Assembly: GCA_944380305.1 (NCBI GenBank)
Contig: CALWHF010000004.1
Coordinates: 42,844 to 106,843, forward strand
Direction: 5' to 3'
Length of the DNA stretch: 64,000 nt
Source of the DNA: an uncultured Christensenellaceae bacterium
Lineage (GTDB): Bacteria > Bacillota > Clostridia > Christensenellales > UBA3700
In this document: positions 47,295 to 59,962 of the stretch, piece by piece
Numbering within the stretch: position 1 is the stretch's first letter
How the letters are laid out: each line of letters opens with the position of its first letter
Notes under the pieces: model-generated
What the model saw: the letters and a program-made list of their open reading frames with translations, nothing else
Told to the model about the DNA's origin: nothing
Database searches by the model: none
Made by a program: the position numbers and the translations under genes

Positions 47295-47324
47295 GCTATT
47301 AGCAATTACGAGAGGTGCAATTTT

Positions 47325-47903
47325 ATGATTAACAGCGAAAAGATCGAAATTCTCGAAGTGTTCGACAAGTTCGAGGAAAAACTCGAAAAGGGCGTGACCA
47401 ATCTCAAGGGGGAATTCGCGAAACTCAAGGCGGGCAGAGCGAACGCTCACGTTCTCGACAAGATATTCGTGGACTACTACGGCACTCCGACGCCGATCAA
47501 GCAACTCGGCAACATATCCGTTCCCGAGGCGAGGATACTGATGATCTCCGTATGGGACGTATCCGCTCTCAAGGCGGTCGAAAAGGCGATTAACGAGGCG
47601 AATATCGGCATCAATCCCCAGAACGACGGCAAGGTCATCCGCCTTATTTTCCCCGAGCTTACCGAGGCGAGAAGAAAGGATCTTTGCAAAGAAATAAAAG
47701 CTATGGGCGAGAATACCAAGATTGCTTTGAGAAACGCTCGCCGCGACGCTAACGACGCTGTCAAAAAGCTGAAAAAGGACAACGTCGTGACCGAGGACGA
47801 AGTTTCTCTGTGCGAAAAAGAGATAGACAAGCTTCTCGCGGACGCCGTTGCCGAGATCGACAGGGCGACGAAGGACAAGGAGCAGGAGGTAATGACCGTC
47901 TGA
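47325..47903 (+). CDS. frr: Ribosome recycling factor
   Basis: 192 aa. LKAGRANAHVLD and PELTEARRKDL motifs. Confidence 0.95.
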   Translation: MINSEKIEILEVFDKFEEKLEKGVTNLKGEFAKLKAGRANAHVLDKIFVDYYGTPTPIKQLGNISVPEARILMISVWDVSALKAVEKAINEANIGINPQNDGKVIRLIFPELTEARRKDLCKEIKAMGENTKIALRNARRDANDAVKKLKKDNVVTEDEVSLCEKEIDKLLADAVAEIDRATKDKEQEVMTV

Positions 47904-47940
47904 CGGACGGGCTTGCTTTGCTGTCACGACAAAGGACTCT

Positions 47941-47968
47941 GCAAGCCGACTTTTTCAAGTCGGCTTGT
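47941..47968 (+). terminator. Hairpin after frr (weak terminator candidate)
   Basis: CAAGCCGACTT pairs with AAGTCGGCTTG (11 bp) around a TTTC loop. There is no clean downstream T-run. Confidence 0.35.
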
Positions 47969-48006
47969 ATGCAATTTTAACGTATTTGTAATAAAAGGAG
48001 CGTAAA

Positions 48007-48711
48007 ATGCAACAAGAGAAAAAGATTCCTAGCCATATCGCGTTTATAATGGACGGCAACGGCAGATGGGCAAAGAAACGCCTTTTGCCGAGAAAGGCGG
48101 GGCATCGCGAAGGCGTGTCGGCGTTGCGCCGCATGGTTGACGCGTGCGCGGACGCAGGCGTCGAAATGGTCTCTTTTTACGCTTTTTCCACCGAAAACTG
48201 GACGAGACCGCAGGAAGAGATCGACGCTCTTTTCAAAATGGTGTCGGAGTTTGCGGATAAACATCTCTCCGAATACGTCAGACGCGGTTTCAGGATAATG
48301 TTCATGGGCGATCTGTCAAAGCTGCCTTCGGATACCGTCGCCGCATTGAAGAAAATAATCGAAGAGGCGAAAGACAATACGGGCATGGTAGTCAATATCG
48401 CGCTCAATTACGGCGGCAGAGACGAGATTCTGCGCGCTGTCAACAAAATAATAAGCGCGGGGATAAGGGAAGTGGATATTCAGACCCTGTCCGACTGCAT
48501 GTATACGGGCGGCTTGCCCGACCCCGACGTCATAGTCAGGAGCAGCGGGGAAAAACGCCTCAGCAACTTCATGCTGTGGCAGGCGGCATACTCCGAGCTT
48601 GTGTTTGTGGACGAGCTGTGGCCGGATTTCGACTCCGCCGTTTTTGACAAAATAATAGAAGAATATTCGAAGAGAGACCGCAGATACGGCAATATCAGAC
48701 GTATCGGCTGA
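48007..48711 (+). CDS. uppS: Undecaprenyl-diphosphate synthase
   Basis: HIAFIMDGNGRWA, FSTENW and RSSGEKRLSNFMLWQAAYSE motifs. Confidence 0.93.
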   Translation: MQQEKKIPSHIAFIMDGNGRWAKKRLLPRKAGHREGVSALRRMVDACADAGVEMVSFYAFSTENWTRPQEEIDALFKMVSEFADKHLSEYVRRGFRIMFMGDLSKLPSDTVAALKKIIEEAKDNTGMVVNIALNYGGRDEILRAVNKIISAGIREVDIQTLSDCMYTGGLPDPDVIVRSSGEKRLSNFMLWQAAYSELVFVDELWPDFDSAVFDKIIEEYSKRDRRYGNIRRIG

Positions 48712-48731
48712 CCGTCGAAGAGGAATAAATT

Positions 48732-49625
48732 ATGCTGAAGAGAATAATCACCGCAATAGTTTTGCTCGCCGTCGTGCTGGGCACTTTGTTCGGGCTCAGA
48801 CAACTGAGTCTGTTCTACGTTGACGCGCTGATACTAATATGTATGGCGATCGGCGTCTACGAGATGTACGAGGCGTTCAGGTCCGCAAAATACAGACCTA
48901 TGGCGATACCTCTTGCGATAGCGGTTGTCGGGATATATCCCGCGCTGTGGTTTCTGCGCGAAACGGGCATAATCATAGTCGTGGCTCTTTCGCTTATGAT
49001 CGCGCTGACGATATTCACGTTCGATCACAAGTATGAGCTGAAAGATTTTCTCGCCACGGCGTTCGTGCTGTTCTATCCGATAGTTCTGCTGTCGATATTC
49101 TTCCTTATAAACGGAAAGACGACGCTCGGCGACAACCCCGTAAACGAGAATTACGGCGATATGATAGGCATTATGCTCGCGCTGTTCATTCCTGTATTTA
49201 CCGACACTTTCGCGTATTTTACGGGCATGGCGATAGGTGGCAGGAAACTCTGTCCCGAAATCAGCCCCAAAAAGACGATTGCGGGTGCGGTCGGAGGCTT
49301 GTTCGGCGGTATGGCGGCAAGCGTGATGGTCTTCCTCATGTTCGACTATTACGGCGTGTTCGACACTATGAAAAACGTGCATCAGCTTGCCCTGACAACG
49401 GATATTTACGTTTCGCTCGCGATATATCTCGTGATAGGTTTTGTCGGCGCGATCGTCAGCGAAGTCGGCGATCTTGCCGCAAGTTGGATTAAGCGCAGAG
49501 CGGGAATAAAGGATTTCGGCAAGATTTTCCCGGGACACGGCGGGATCATGGACAGACTCGACAGCATTATGTTCGTACTTCCCGTAATCTATCTCACTTT
49601 CGCGGTGATAAATGCCGTCGAATGA
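48732..49625 (+). CDS. cdsA: Phosphatidate cytidylyltransferase
   Basis: Polytopic membrane protein with the C-terminal signature S.IKRRAGIKDFGKIFPGHGGIMDRLDS. Confidence 0.88.
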   Translation: MLKRIITAIVLLAVVLGTLFGLRQLSLFYVDALILICMAIGVYEMYEAFRSAKYRPMAIPLAIAVVGIYPALWFLRETGIIIVVALSLMIALTIFTFDHKYELKDFLATAFVLFYPIVLLSIFFLINGKTTLGDNPVNENYGDMIGIMLALFIPVFTDTFAYFTGMAIGGRKLCPEISPKKTIAGAVGGLFGGMAASVMVFLMFDYYGVFDTMKNVHQLALTTDIYVSLAIYLVIGFVGAIVSEVGDLAASWIKRRAGIKDFGKIFPGHGGIMDRLDSIMFVLPVIYLTFAVINAVE

Positions 49626-49676
49626 CGGATTGCGGCGGATAACGAATATGCGTTCTGAGACGGAAAGGAGAAAGCG

Positions 49677-50834
49677 ATGAAAGAGCTTATTATACTCGGC
49701 AGTACCGGTTCGATAGGAACTCAGGCACTCGAAACGGTAAGACAATATCCTTCCGAGCTTAAAGTGCTTGGACTTTGTTGCGATAAAAACGTCGCTCTTC
49801 TTCAGAAACAGATTGACGAATTCAGACCCCGCTACGTTGCCGTGCGCGACGAAAACGCGGCAAGATCGCTCGATTTGCCTGAGAATACGCAACTGTTTGC
49901 GGGCAGCGACGCTCCCGCGAAGATAGCGGGTGTCGCGCGTGCTACGGTGCTCAACGCGCTTGTAGGCATAAGCGGATTCGTGCCTACGCTGAACGCCATA
50001 AACGCGGGCAGCGAGATAGCTCTCGCGAACAAGGAGACGCTTGTCGCGGGCGGAGACGTGGTTATGAAAGCCGCCACAGACAAAGGCGTGGACGTTCTGC
50101 CCGTGGACAGCGAGCACAGCGCGATTTGGCAATGCCTCGGCAGAAAGGCAAAAGCCGCCGCTGACGTCGAAAAACTTATCCTCACCGCATCGGGAGGGGC
50201 TTTCAGGGGCAAAAAGAGAGAAGAACTGCTAGACGTCACGATAGACGACGCGCTGAGACACCCGACCTGGAATATGGGCGTCAAGGTCACCGTTGACAGT
50301 GCGACGATGATGAATAAAGGATTCGAAGTCATAGAGGCGTCGCATCTTTTCGGAGTCTCTGCGGACAAAATAGATATAGCCGTACACAGACAGAGTGTCG
50401 TTCATTCTATGATAGAATACGCCGACGGCAGTATAATCGCACAGATGAGCTATCCCGACATGAGACTTCCGATCCAGCTCGCTTTGCTGTATCCCGAACG
50501 CGGGGACTATTGCTTTACGCCTCTTTCTTTCAACGGTCTGACACTCGACTTCGAAGCACCCGATCTCGGGGTGTTCGAATGTCTGAAGATCGCGCTCGAC
50601 TGCGCGAAATCGGGTTCGGAGTCTACGGCTATCCTCAACGCCGCAAATGAGATCGCGGTAAAACGTTTTGCTCAAAGACAAATAAAATTCTACGATATAC
50701 CATATTATATTAAACGGGCACTGGATAAGTTTTCGGAGGGTGGTCGCAGCCTGACCGAGCCGGAAGAAGTGCTCGAAACAGACGAAAAAGTAAAAAAATT
50801 CGTCGATGACGTTATCGGGAGAGAAAAAGTATGA
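49677..50834 (+). CDS. dxr: 1-deoxy-D-xylulose-5-phosphate reductoisomerase
   Basis: ILGSTGSIG, LANKE, DSEHSA, HPTWNMG and NAANE motifs. Confidence 0.93.
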   Translation: MKELIILGSTGSIGTQALETVRQYPSELKVLGLCCDKNVALLQKQIDEFRPRYVAVRDENAARSLDLPENTQLFAGSDAPAKIAGVARATVLNALVGISGFVPTLNAINAGSEIALANKETLVAGGDVVMKAATDKGVDVLPVDSEHSAIWQCLGRKAKAAADVEKLILTASGGAFRGKKREELLDVTIDDALRHPTWNMGVKVTVDSATMMNKGFEVIEASHLFGVSADKIDIAVHRQSVVHSMIEYADGSIIAQMSYPDMRLPIQLALLYPERGDYCFTPLSFNGLTLDFEAPDLGVFECLKIALDCAKSGSESTAILNAANEIAVKRFAQRQIKFYDIPYYIKRALDKFSEGGRSLTEPEEVLETDEKVKKFVDDVIGREKV

Positions 50835-51934
50835 CGACAATTTTGCTTTGCGTTTCCGCAGGCGAAGTCTTCAAATGGATAGGATATATCCTGATCGCGA
50901 TGGTCTGTTTTATGTTTATGATCGTCGTGCACGAGCTCGGACATTATACGGCGGGCAAGATACTCGGTTTCAAGATAAACGAATTTGCGATAGGTTTCGG
51001 TCCCGCGATATTCAAAAAGACGACGAACAAGGAGACGGGAGAAGTGTTTTCGATACGCTGTATCCCTGCGGGCGGTTTCTGTGCTTTCGAGGGCGAGGAC
51101 GAAGAGGCCGTTTCTCCCGAAAGTTTCAATTCTCATCCCGTATGGAAGAGGATAATCGTGCTTGCCGCGGGCGTCTTTTTCAACTTCGTCAGCGCGCTGA
51201 TAATCCTGAACGTGTTTTTTATGGCGTACGGCGAGGCAGTGCCCGTAATTATCGACACCTACGAGCTTGTGGACGCTGAGCATACGCAGCTGTTCGAAGA
51301 GGGCGACAGAATAATCGAAGTCAACGGAAAACCCGTTTACAGTCTGCTCGAATCGGGCAAGCTCGGCGAGCTGATCGGCGACTCGGATACCAACGAATTC
51401 ACCGTGCTCAGAGACGGCGAAAAGGTGACGTTCACCTATTCGAAAACCGATTATTACTTCACATACGAAGACGAGGAAGGAAATCTCGTCTCAGAGGTGA
51501 AAACGGGGCTGGGCATAACGTACGGTTTCGGGCAATATAAACTGGGATATTTCGCCGCCGTCGCAAGGTCGTTCAACTTCTGCGGCGACGTGGTGGAGCT
51601 GATATTCAAATCGATAGGACAGCTGTTTACGGGCGCGGCGAAGGTGAAGGACACCATGGGCGGAACGATAACTGCGGTATCCGCGCTCGTACAGCTCGGG
51701 CAGTCGGGCGTTGCGGCGGTCGCCTACGGCGTGGCGGTGCTTTCTATATCGATAGCGTTTATGAACATTCTTCCTTTGCCTGCGCTTGACGGCTCCCGCA
51801 TATTGTTTGCTATAATAGAATGGATAAGGAAAAAACCTTTGAACCGCAAGGTCGAAGGGATGATACACGCGGCAGGGCTGATATTGCTTATCGGGCTTGC
51901 GATAACCTTCGACTTGCTGCATTTCTTCGGGTGA
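50831..51934 (+). CDS. rseP: RIP site-2 metalloprotease RseP/RasP
   Basis: HELGH zinc motif in TM1, a central PDZ-like segment and a C-terminal NILPLPALDG motif. Confidence 0.88.
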   Translation: MTTILLCVSAGEVFKWIGYILIAMVCFMFMIVVHELGHYTAGKILGFKINEFAIGFGPAIFKKTTNKETGEVFSIRCIPAGGFCAFEGEDEEAVSPESFNSHPVWKRIIVLAAGVFFNFVSALIILNVFFMAYGEAVPVIIDTYELVDAEHTQLFEEGDRIIEVNGKPVYSLLESGKLGELIGDSDTNEFTVLRDGEKVTFTYSKTDYYFTYEDEEGNLVSEVKTGLGITYGFGQYKLGYFAAVARSFNFCGDVVELIFKSIGQLFTGAAKVKDTMGGTITAVSALVQLGQSGVAAVAYGVAVLSISIAFMNILPLPALDGSRILFAIIEWIRKKPLNRKVEGMIHAAGLILLIGLAITFDLLHFFG

Positions 51935-51937
51935 ACT

Positions 51938-52969
51938 ATGACGAAAAAGGTTAAAATCGGCAATATCGTTATCGGGGGAGGCGAAAAGATCGCTATTCAG
52001 TCGATGACCAATACGAAAACGTCGGACGTTGACGGCACTCTCGCTCAGCTGGCCGCGCTCGAGGCGGCGGGATGCGACATCGCGCGTTGTTCCGTGCCCG
52101 ACGAAAAGAGCGCGATCGCGTTGAAAAGCATAGTAAAAGGCACGAAAATGCCGATAGTTGCGGATATTCACTTCGATTACAGGCTGGCTGTCGCCGCGGC
52201 GGACGCTGGTGTCGCAAAGATAAGGATAAACCCCGGCAATATCGGCGACGAAAGCAAGGTCGAATATCTCGCGAAATATCTGAAGGAGAGAGGCATTCCC
52301 GTCAGGATAGGCGTCAACGGCGGTTCTCTCGATAAAAAATACGAGGGACAACCTCTCTACGAGGCGATGTGCAACAGCGCGCTCGAACACGTCGCGCTCC
52401 TCGAAAAACACGGATTCGACGATATAGTCATATCGGTCAAATCCTCCGACGTCGTGAATACGGTCAAGGCATACAGGCTTCTTTCGCAAAAATGCGATTA
52501 TCCTCTCCACGTCGGGGTGACCGAAGCGGGAATATACGAAAAAGGACTGATAAAGTCGGCGATTGGCATAGGTGCGTTGCTTTGCGACGGCATAGGCGAC
52601 ACCGTACGCGTGTCTCTTACGGACGATCCCGTAAAAGAGGTCTATGCGGCGAAGGAGATACTCAAGGCGATAGGGAGATACGACGGAGCTTACGCGGAAG
52701 TCGTTTCGTGTCCGACTTGCGCGAGGACGTGTATCGACGTGCAGGGCATTGCGACCCGTGTCGAAGAATATGCCCGCACTCTCGACAAGAGCGTCCGCAT
52801 CGCGGTCATGGGTTGCGTCGTCAACGGGATAGGGGAATCCAAAGGTTGCGACATCGGCGTCGCGGGAGGTAAGGATAAGTCCGTGATATTCAGAGAAGGG
52901 AAGATAATCGCCACCGTGCCCAATGAAAATATATTCGACGAGTTGAAAAAGCAGATCGACGTCCTTTGA
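51938..52969 (+). CDS. ispG: 4-hydroxy-3-methylbut-2-enyl-diphosphate synthase
   Basis: IQSMTNT, RINPGNIG, SCPTCAR and GCVVNGIGE (Fe-S Cys ligands). Confidence 0.93.
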   Translation: MTKKVKIGNIVIGGGEKIAIQSMTNTKTSDVDGTLAQLAALEAAGCDIARCSVPDEKSAIALKSIVKGTKMPIVADIHFDYRLAVAAADAGVAKIRINPGNIGDESKVEYLAKYLKERGIPVRIGVNGGSLDKKYEGQPLYEAMCNSALEHVALLEKHGFDDIVISVKSSDVVNTVKAYRLLSQKCDYPLHVGVTEAGIYEKGLIKSAIGIGALLCDGIGDTVRVSLTDDPVKEVYAAKEILKAIGRYDGAYAEVVSCPTCARTCIDVQGIATRVEEYARTLDKSVRIAVMGCVVNGIGESKGCDIGVAGGKDKSVIFREGKIIATVPNENIFDELKKQIDVL

Positions 52970-53122
52970 TCACGATTTGTTATAATTTTGTCGAATTATT
53001 ATAAAAATCGACTTAATTTAGAAGTTAAAGGTCAAATTTCAGCCAATATATTGCTGAATATCCAGCCTTAACAATATAAAACCACCGTGCCGAGCAACGG
53101 CGCAAACGAGCGGAATACCGAA

Positions 53123-54709
53123 ATGGCAGACACCAAAGATACCGAAAAGACAGGACAAAAGACAGATTTCATAAAGCTGCTCAATATTCGCTTTGACGGA
53201 GCGTACGACTTTCTGCGCGTGCGTTCGGTCGATCTCGATCTCGAACAGAAGACCGTCAGCGTTCAGATAGGTCTGCCGTACAGCGGAGAGAATACGCTTA
53301 CGGAAGAAGACAAAAGGAAGATATTATCGTTTGCCGTTGAGATATTGCCTTCGGAATACACGGTTTCGGTCAATTACAGAAAGTTCGGCGTCGATCCCGA
53401 GATAGTGTTCAAACTGGTAAAAGAGTACGTCAACAAGTATCACAGGGCGTATTCGGTTCTCATTTCAAGCGACAACGTGGATATAACGTGCACGGATACC
53501 GTCGTGACGGTAAAGATAACCGTCGTAAAGTCGGTCGCCGATCTGTTCGAAAAATGCGGACTCACTAAAGGACTGGAAGAATACCTCGATTCGTCGTACG
53601 ACAGAAAGAACGTCGTAAAGACAGAGTATACCGACAAACTGATCATTTCGGAGACCGCAAAGGAAGAAGTGCCTGTCGTGATCGACGATTGCTACATAGA
53701 GATAAGCGCGCTGCACAAACTGTGCGGGGGCGAGATCACTTCGAAAGCGCGCTATATAAGGGCATGCACCTCGCCTCAGAGTGCCGTATGCGTAACGGGA
53801 AAGGTCGAGAGCATCGTCGCGAGAAATTCGAAGACGTCGGGCAATCTCTATTACAATTTTACGATAAACGACACGACGGGGGCGATGAAGTGCTGTTACT
53901 TTACGAGAAAAGCCGCAAAAGGTCCGCTCGATATTCTCGAGGAAGGCGCGGAGATCGCGGTCGTCGGGGATCTTCAGACGGACAGTTTCCGCGGAGGACT
54001 CAATCTGATTGCGAAGAGCGTGAGTCTTTGCAGGATCAATTACTCGTCGATACTGACCGAGGAAGACCTGCGCCGCAAAAAAACATACGTTCCCGTAAAG
54101 GCAAAGCCTCTTGACATTACCACTCAGCAGGATATATTCGACATCGCGAGCGAAAAACCCGCATATCTCACGGATAACGACTTTGTCGTTTTCGACCTAG
54201 AGACCACGGGGCTTCTCGACAACGGTGTACCTTGCAAGATTATCGAGATAGGCGCGGTCAAGATAAAGAACGGCGTCTGCACCGAATATTTTTCCACGCT
54301 CGTAGACCCGAGAATGCATATTCCCGAAGGAGCGTCGGCGACCAATCATATATACGACGACATGGTCGAGGACGCGCCGTATATCGAGGACATTCTCCCC
54401 GATTTTCTCGCGTGGGTCGGGAATGCGACGCTTGTTGCTCACAACGGCAACAAATTCGACTTTATCGTACTGAAAAACGAGGCGGCGGAGCAGAATATGG
54501 TCGTACCGAATCGGACGAAAGACACGATCGTCATCGCCCAGGCGTACAGAGACAGGACGGGAAAGCGCGGGCAGCTCAATCTGCGCGTGCTTTGCAAGGA
54601 GTTCAATATCGAACTGGTAGAAGCGCACCGCGCGTATTACGACGCATACGCTACCGCGCAACTGTTCATCAGGCTGTGCGATTACGTTGACGTGTCGAGG
54701 ATAGGCTGA
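53123..54709 (+). CDS. PolC-like N-terminal domain + OB fold + DEDDh 3'-5' exonuclease, lacking PHP and polymerase domains
   Basis: 529 aa from ATG 53123 (alternative GTG at 53087). The OB-like segment VCVTGKVESIVARNSKTSGNLYYNFTINDTTGAMKCCYF...VVGDLQTDSFRGGLNLIAKSV parallels the B. subtilis PolC OB domain. Exo motifs FDLETTG, AHNGNKFDF and HRAYYDAYATAQL are present. Confidence 0.75.
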   Translation: MADTKDTEKTGQKTDFIKLLNIRFDGAYDFLRVRSVDLDLEQKTVSVQIGLPYSGENTLTEEDKRKILSFAVEILPSEYTVSVNYRKFGVDPEIVFKLVKEYVNKYHRAYSVLISSDNVDITCTDTVVTVKITVVKSVADLFEKCGLTKGLEEYLDSSYDRKNVVKTEYTDKLIISETAKEEVPVVIDDCYIEISALHKLCGGEITSKARYIRACTSPQSAVCVTGKVESIVARNSKTSGNLYYNFTINDTTGAMKCCYFTRKAAKGPLDILEEGAEIAVVGDLQTDSFRGGLNLIAKSVSLCRINYSSILTEEDLRRKKTYVPVKAKPLDITTQQDIFDIASEKPAYLTDNDFVVFDLETTGLLDNGVPCKIIEIGAVKIKNGVCTEYFSTLVDPRMHIPEGASATNHIYDDMVEDAPYIEDILPDFLAWVGNATLVAHNGNKFDFIVLKNEAAEQNMVVPNRTKDTIVIAQAYRDRTGKRGQLNLRVLCKEFNIELVEAHRAYYDAYATAQLFIRLCDYVDVSRIG

Positions 54710-54799
54710 CGGGCAGGGCCGTTTTTTAGTAAAACGGGCGTTTCCGAACAAAAATATTTCACATTTGTGCATTTTTTTGAATAAACTCGGAAAAAAGTG

Positions 54800-54828
54800 T
54801 TGCGTTTATAATGTTTATATGCTAATAT
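54800..54828 (+). promoter_or_regulatory. Sigma-A-like promoter upstream of the rimP-nusA-infB operon
   Basis: TTGCGT (54800-54805), 17-nt spacer, TGcTAATAT (hexamer at 54823-54828). Confidence 0.45.
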
Positions 54829-54894
54829 ATACACAAGATAGTATTGACTTACTAAGCGGCTGAAATCAGTCGCTTTAATTATGTAGGAGAGATT

Positions 54895-55362
54895 ATGCCC
54901 AAGATTTGCGACTCGGTACAGGCACTTATAACGCCTATCCTCGAAAAAATGAATATCGAACTCGTCGAGGTCGAATACAAGAAACGCGGCGAAAACGACG
55001 GCAGTCTGACGATCTATATCGACAAGGACGGCGGGGTATCGCTCGACGATTGCGAGGCGGTGCACAACGCCATAGACGCGCCGCTCGACGAACTCGATCC
55101 GACGGCGGGCAAGCCGTACACTCTCAACGTCTCGTCTCCCGGTCTCGACAGACCTTTCAGGACTCTGAGGGATTATCGCAAACATCTCGGAGAGGAGATC
55201 GAGATCTCTCTGTACAAACCCGTTGACGGCAAAAAGAAATTCGAGGCGGTCCTCGAAGACGTTGACGACGCTCTCACGGTGGCGACCGTGAGCATAGACG
55301 GAAAAACCATACAACTTAATATAAAAGAGATAGCCCTCGCGAGAGCGGTTATCAAATTCTAG
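54895..55362 (+). CDS. rimP: Ribosome maturation factor RimP
   Basis: 155 aa with LEVSSPGLDRPL-like VSSPGLDRPF. Immediately upstream of nusA. Confidence 0.9.
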   Translation: MPKICDSVQALITPILEKMNIELVEVEYKKRGENDGSLTIYIDKDGGVSLDDCEAVHNAIDAPLDELDPTAGKPYTLNVSSPGLDRPFRTLRDYRKHLGEEIEISLYKPVDGKKKFEAVLEDVDDALTVATVSIDGKTIQLNIKEIALARAVIKF

Positions 55363-55371
55363 GAGGACAAA

Positions 55372-56454
55372 ATGATTAACAAGGATTTTTTTCTTGCGCT
55401 CGACTTGCTTGAAAAAGAAGGAAAAATCGACAAAGAACTGACGCTCAAGTCTCTCGAAGCCGCTATTGCCGCGGCATACAAGAGAGAGTCCGGCGAAGCG
55501 CGTCCCGTCAGCGTTCAGATAGACGAACAGCGCAACCGCATCAGGATCGTCGCGTATCAGGAGGTCGTCGAGACCGTCGAAGATCCCGAAAAAGAGATTT
55601 CTCTCGAAGATGCGAAGAAGATAAAATCGTCTTATAAGGTCGGCGACCGCGTTATCGAAGAGATCGCGCCCAAGGAATTCAGCCGTATCGATGCACAGAC
55701 CGCAAAGCAGGTCTTTATGCAGAGACTTATGGATGAGCACAAGAAGATCACCCTGGAAGACATGACCCAGAAAGAGGGCGAGATCGTCACCGCGCAGATC
55801 AGAAGGATCGACGGAGACAGGATATACCTCGATATTTCCGGCTCTCAGATGGAAGGCGTAATGATGCCTCAGGATCAGATCAAAGGCGAGATATACAAGC
55901 AGGGCGACGTGCTCAAGGTATTCGTCAAGAATATCCGCACCGACTTCAAGGGCGGCTCGCAGGTCATGGTTTCGAGAGCGCACCGCGACTTCGTCAAGAG
56001 ACTGTTCGAGATGGAAGTGCCCGAGATCAAGTCGGGTCTCGTCAAGATCAAGAAGATCGTCAGAGAGGCGGGATACAGAACGAAGATGGCTGTCTATTCC
56101 GACGACCCGAGCGTGGACGCGGTCGGCAGCTGCATAGGACAGAGAGGCATGAGGATAAACGGCATAGTAGGCGAGCTGAACGGCGAAAAGATCGACGTCA
56201 TCGGCTGGTGTGCTGATCCGCTCGAGTATATCGCCAGAGCACTCAGCCCCGCTAAGGTCATCATGGTGCAGGTCAACGACGAGGAGAAGAGCGCGAAGGC
56301 TATCGTTGCCGACGACAAACTCTCTCTCGCCATCGGCAAGCAGGGACAGAACGTACGTCTCGCGGCTAAGCTGACCGAATGGAAGATCGACGTCAAACCG
56401 TACTCTTCGGTCGAGAACATCGTGACCGCTGAGAGCGATTCCGACGAGGAGTAA
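55372..56454 (+). CDS. nusA: Transcription termination/antitermination factor NusA
   Basis: S1 domain followed by two KH domains (GSCIGQRGMRI, LAIGKQGQNVRLAAKLT). Confidence 0.95.
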   Translation: MINKDFFLALDLLEKEGKIDKELTLKSLEAAIAAAYKRESGEARPVSVQIDEQRNRIRIVAYQEVVETVEDPEKEISLEDAKKIKSSYKVGDRVIEEIAPKEFSRIDAQTAKQVFMQRLMDEHKKITLEDMTQKEGEIVTAQIRRIDGDRIYLDISGSQMEGVMMPQDQIKGEIYKQGDVLKVFVKNIRTDFKGGSQVMVSRAHRDFVKRLFEMEVPEIKSGLVKIKKIVREAGYRTKMAVYSDDPSVDAVGSCIGQRGMRINGIVGELNGEKIDVIGWCADPLEYIARALSPAKVIMVQVNDEEKSAKAIVADDKLSLAIGKQGQNVRLAAKLTEWKIDVKPYSSVENIVTAESDSDEE

Positions 56455-56457
56455 GAA

Positions 56458-56727
56458 GTGAAAAAGATTCCCGAAAGAACGTGCATCGCATGCCGTACGA
56501 CGAAGCCGAAGAACGAGCTTATCAGGGTCGTCAGAGACCCCGAAGGCAACATATCACTCGACTTTACGGGCAAGAAAAACGGTAGAGGAGCTTATCTTTG
56601 CAAAGACAAGAACTGCCTTGCAAAGTGCATCAGATCGAAAGGTCTCGACCGCGCGCTCGGTAGCAAGGTCGATGAAGAACTCTATCAGAGACTTTTGAAA
56701 GAGTATGACGAAAACTGCGGGAATTGA
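56458..56727 (+). CDS. ylxR: YlxR-family RNA-binding protein (DUF448)
   Basis: ERTCIACR....ELIR and GRGAYLC motifs. GTG start after a GAGGAG Shine-Dalgarno. Confidence 0.85.
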   Translation: MKKIPERTCIACRTTKPKNELIRVVRDPEGNISLDFTGKKNGRGAYLCKDKNCLAKCIRSKGLDRALGSKVDEELYQRLLKEYDENCGN

Positions 56728-57007
56728 CTCATATCTCGGTTTCGCGGTCAGGGCAAAGAAAACCGTGTTCGGTCTCGAGTGTCTGCTCAGACTGAAATCC
56801 GCTCCCGAAGTCGTGCTTTACGACGAAAGCCTGGGTGCGAGCGCGAAACGCAAGGCGCAGTACTTCTGCGAAAAGAATAACGCCGCGTTTTTGGCGGTGA
56901 GTGAGGACTATCTCAACGACGTCCTCAAGAGAAAAAACGTAAAGATCGTCGCTGTGACCGACAAGTCGCTCGGCGATCAGATCAAACGAATATTAGCGTC
57001 CGAGTAG
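56705..57007 (+). CDS. ylxQ: L7Ae-family RNA-binding protein YlxQ
   Basis: 100 aa between ylxR and infB, with an L7Ae-like pattern (LGFAVRAKKTVFG). Confidence 0.7.
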   Translation: MTKTAGIDSYLGFAVRAKKTVFGLECLLRLKSAPEVVLYDESLGASAKRKAQYFCEKNNAAFLAVSEDYLNDVLKRKNVKIVAVTDKSLGDQIKRILASE

Positions 57008-57033
57008 CCGACGACGCATTACGGAGGTAGTTT

Positions 57034-59608
<2,575 letters not shown>

Positions 59609-59616
<8 letters not shown>

Positions 59617-59962
59617 GCTTGACAGGATAAATTCCGAACTCAAAAAGCAGCTCGCGATAATCCTGCGCGACGGCGTGCGCGACCCGAGGGTACGCGGCAT
59701 GATAAGCGTCATGGAAGTCAGCGTGGACAAGGATCTGACGCTCGCGAAAGTGTACGTCAGCATCTTCGGCGCGGACGGGGCGGAGAGCGAAGTGCTCGAA
59801 GGACTCAACAGCGCGGAAGGATACATCAAGTCCAGACTCAAGAAAATGATGATACTTCGCGCGATACCCGCGCTCAGATTCGTGCTCGACACTTCTATCA
59901 GTTACGGTATGAGCATGGATAAGCGAATCACGGAGCTAAACAAAAATGACGGTCAGAAATGA
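59609..59962 (+). CDS. rbfA: Ribosome-binding factor A
   Basis: 117 aa with the pattern R...i....l..il...v.DPR and a KH-like fold signature. Follows infB. Confidence 0.9.

Noticed and set aside
53087-53122. GTG 53087 as the start of the PolC-like gene.
   Set aside because: No Shine-Dalgarno precedes it, and the extra residues are uninformative. ATG 53123 is preferred but not proven, and both are flagged as uncertain.
54710-54760. A possible terminator after the PolC-like gene (ACGGGCAGGGCCGTTTTTT / CCGTTTT…AAAACGG).
   Set aside because: The stems are only 4-7 bp, partly AT-only, and mutually exclusive. The support is too weak to annotate.
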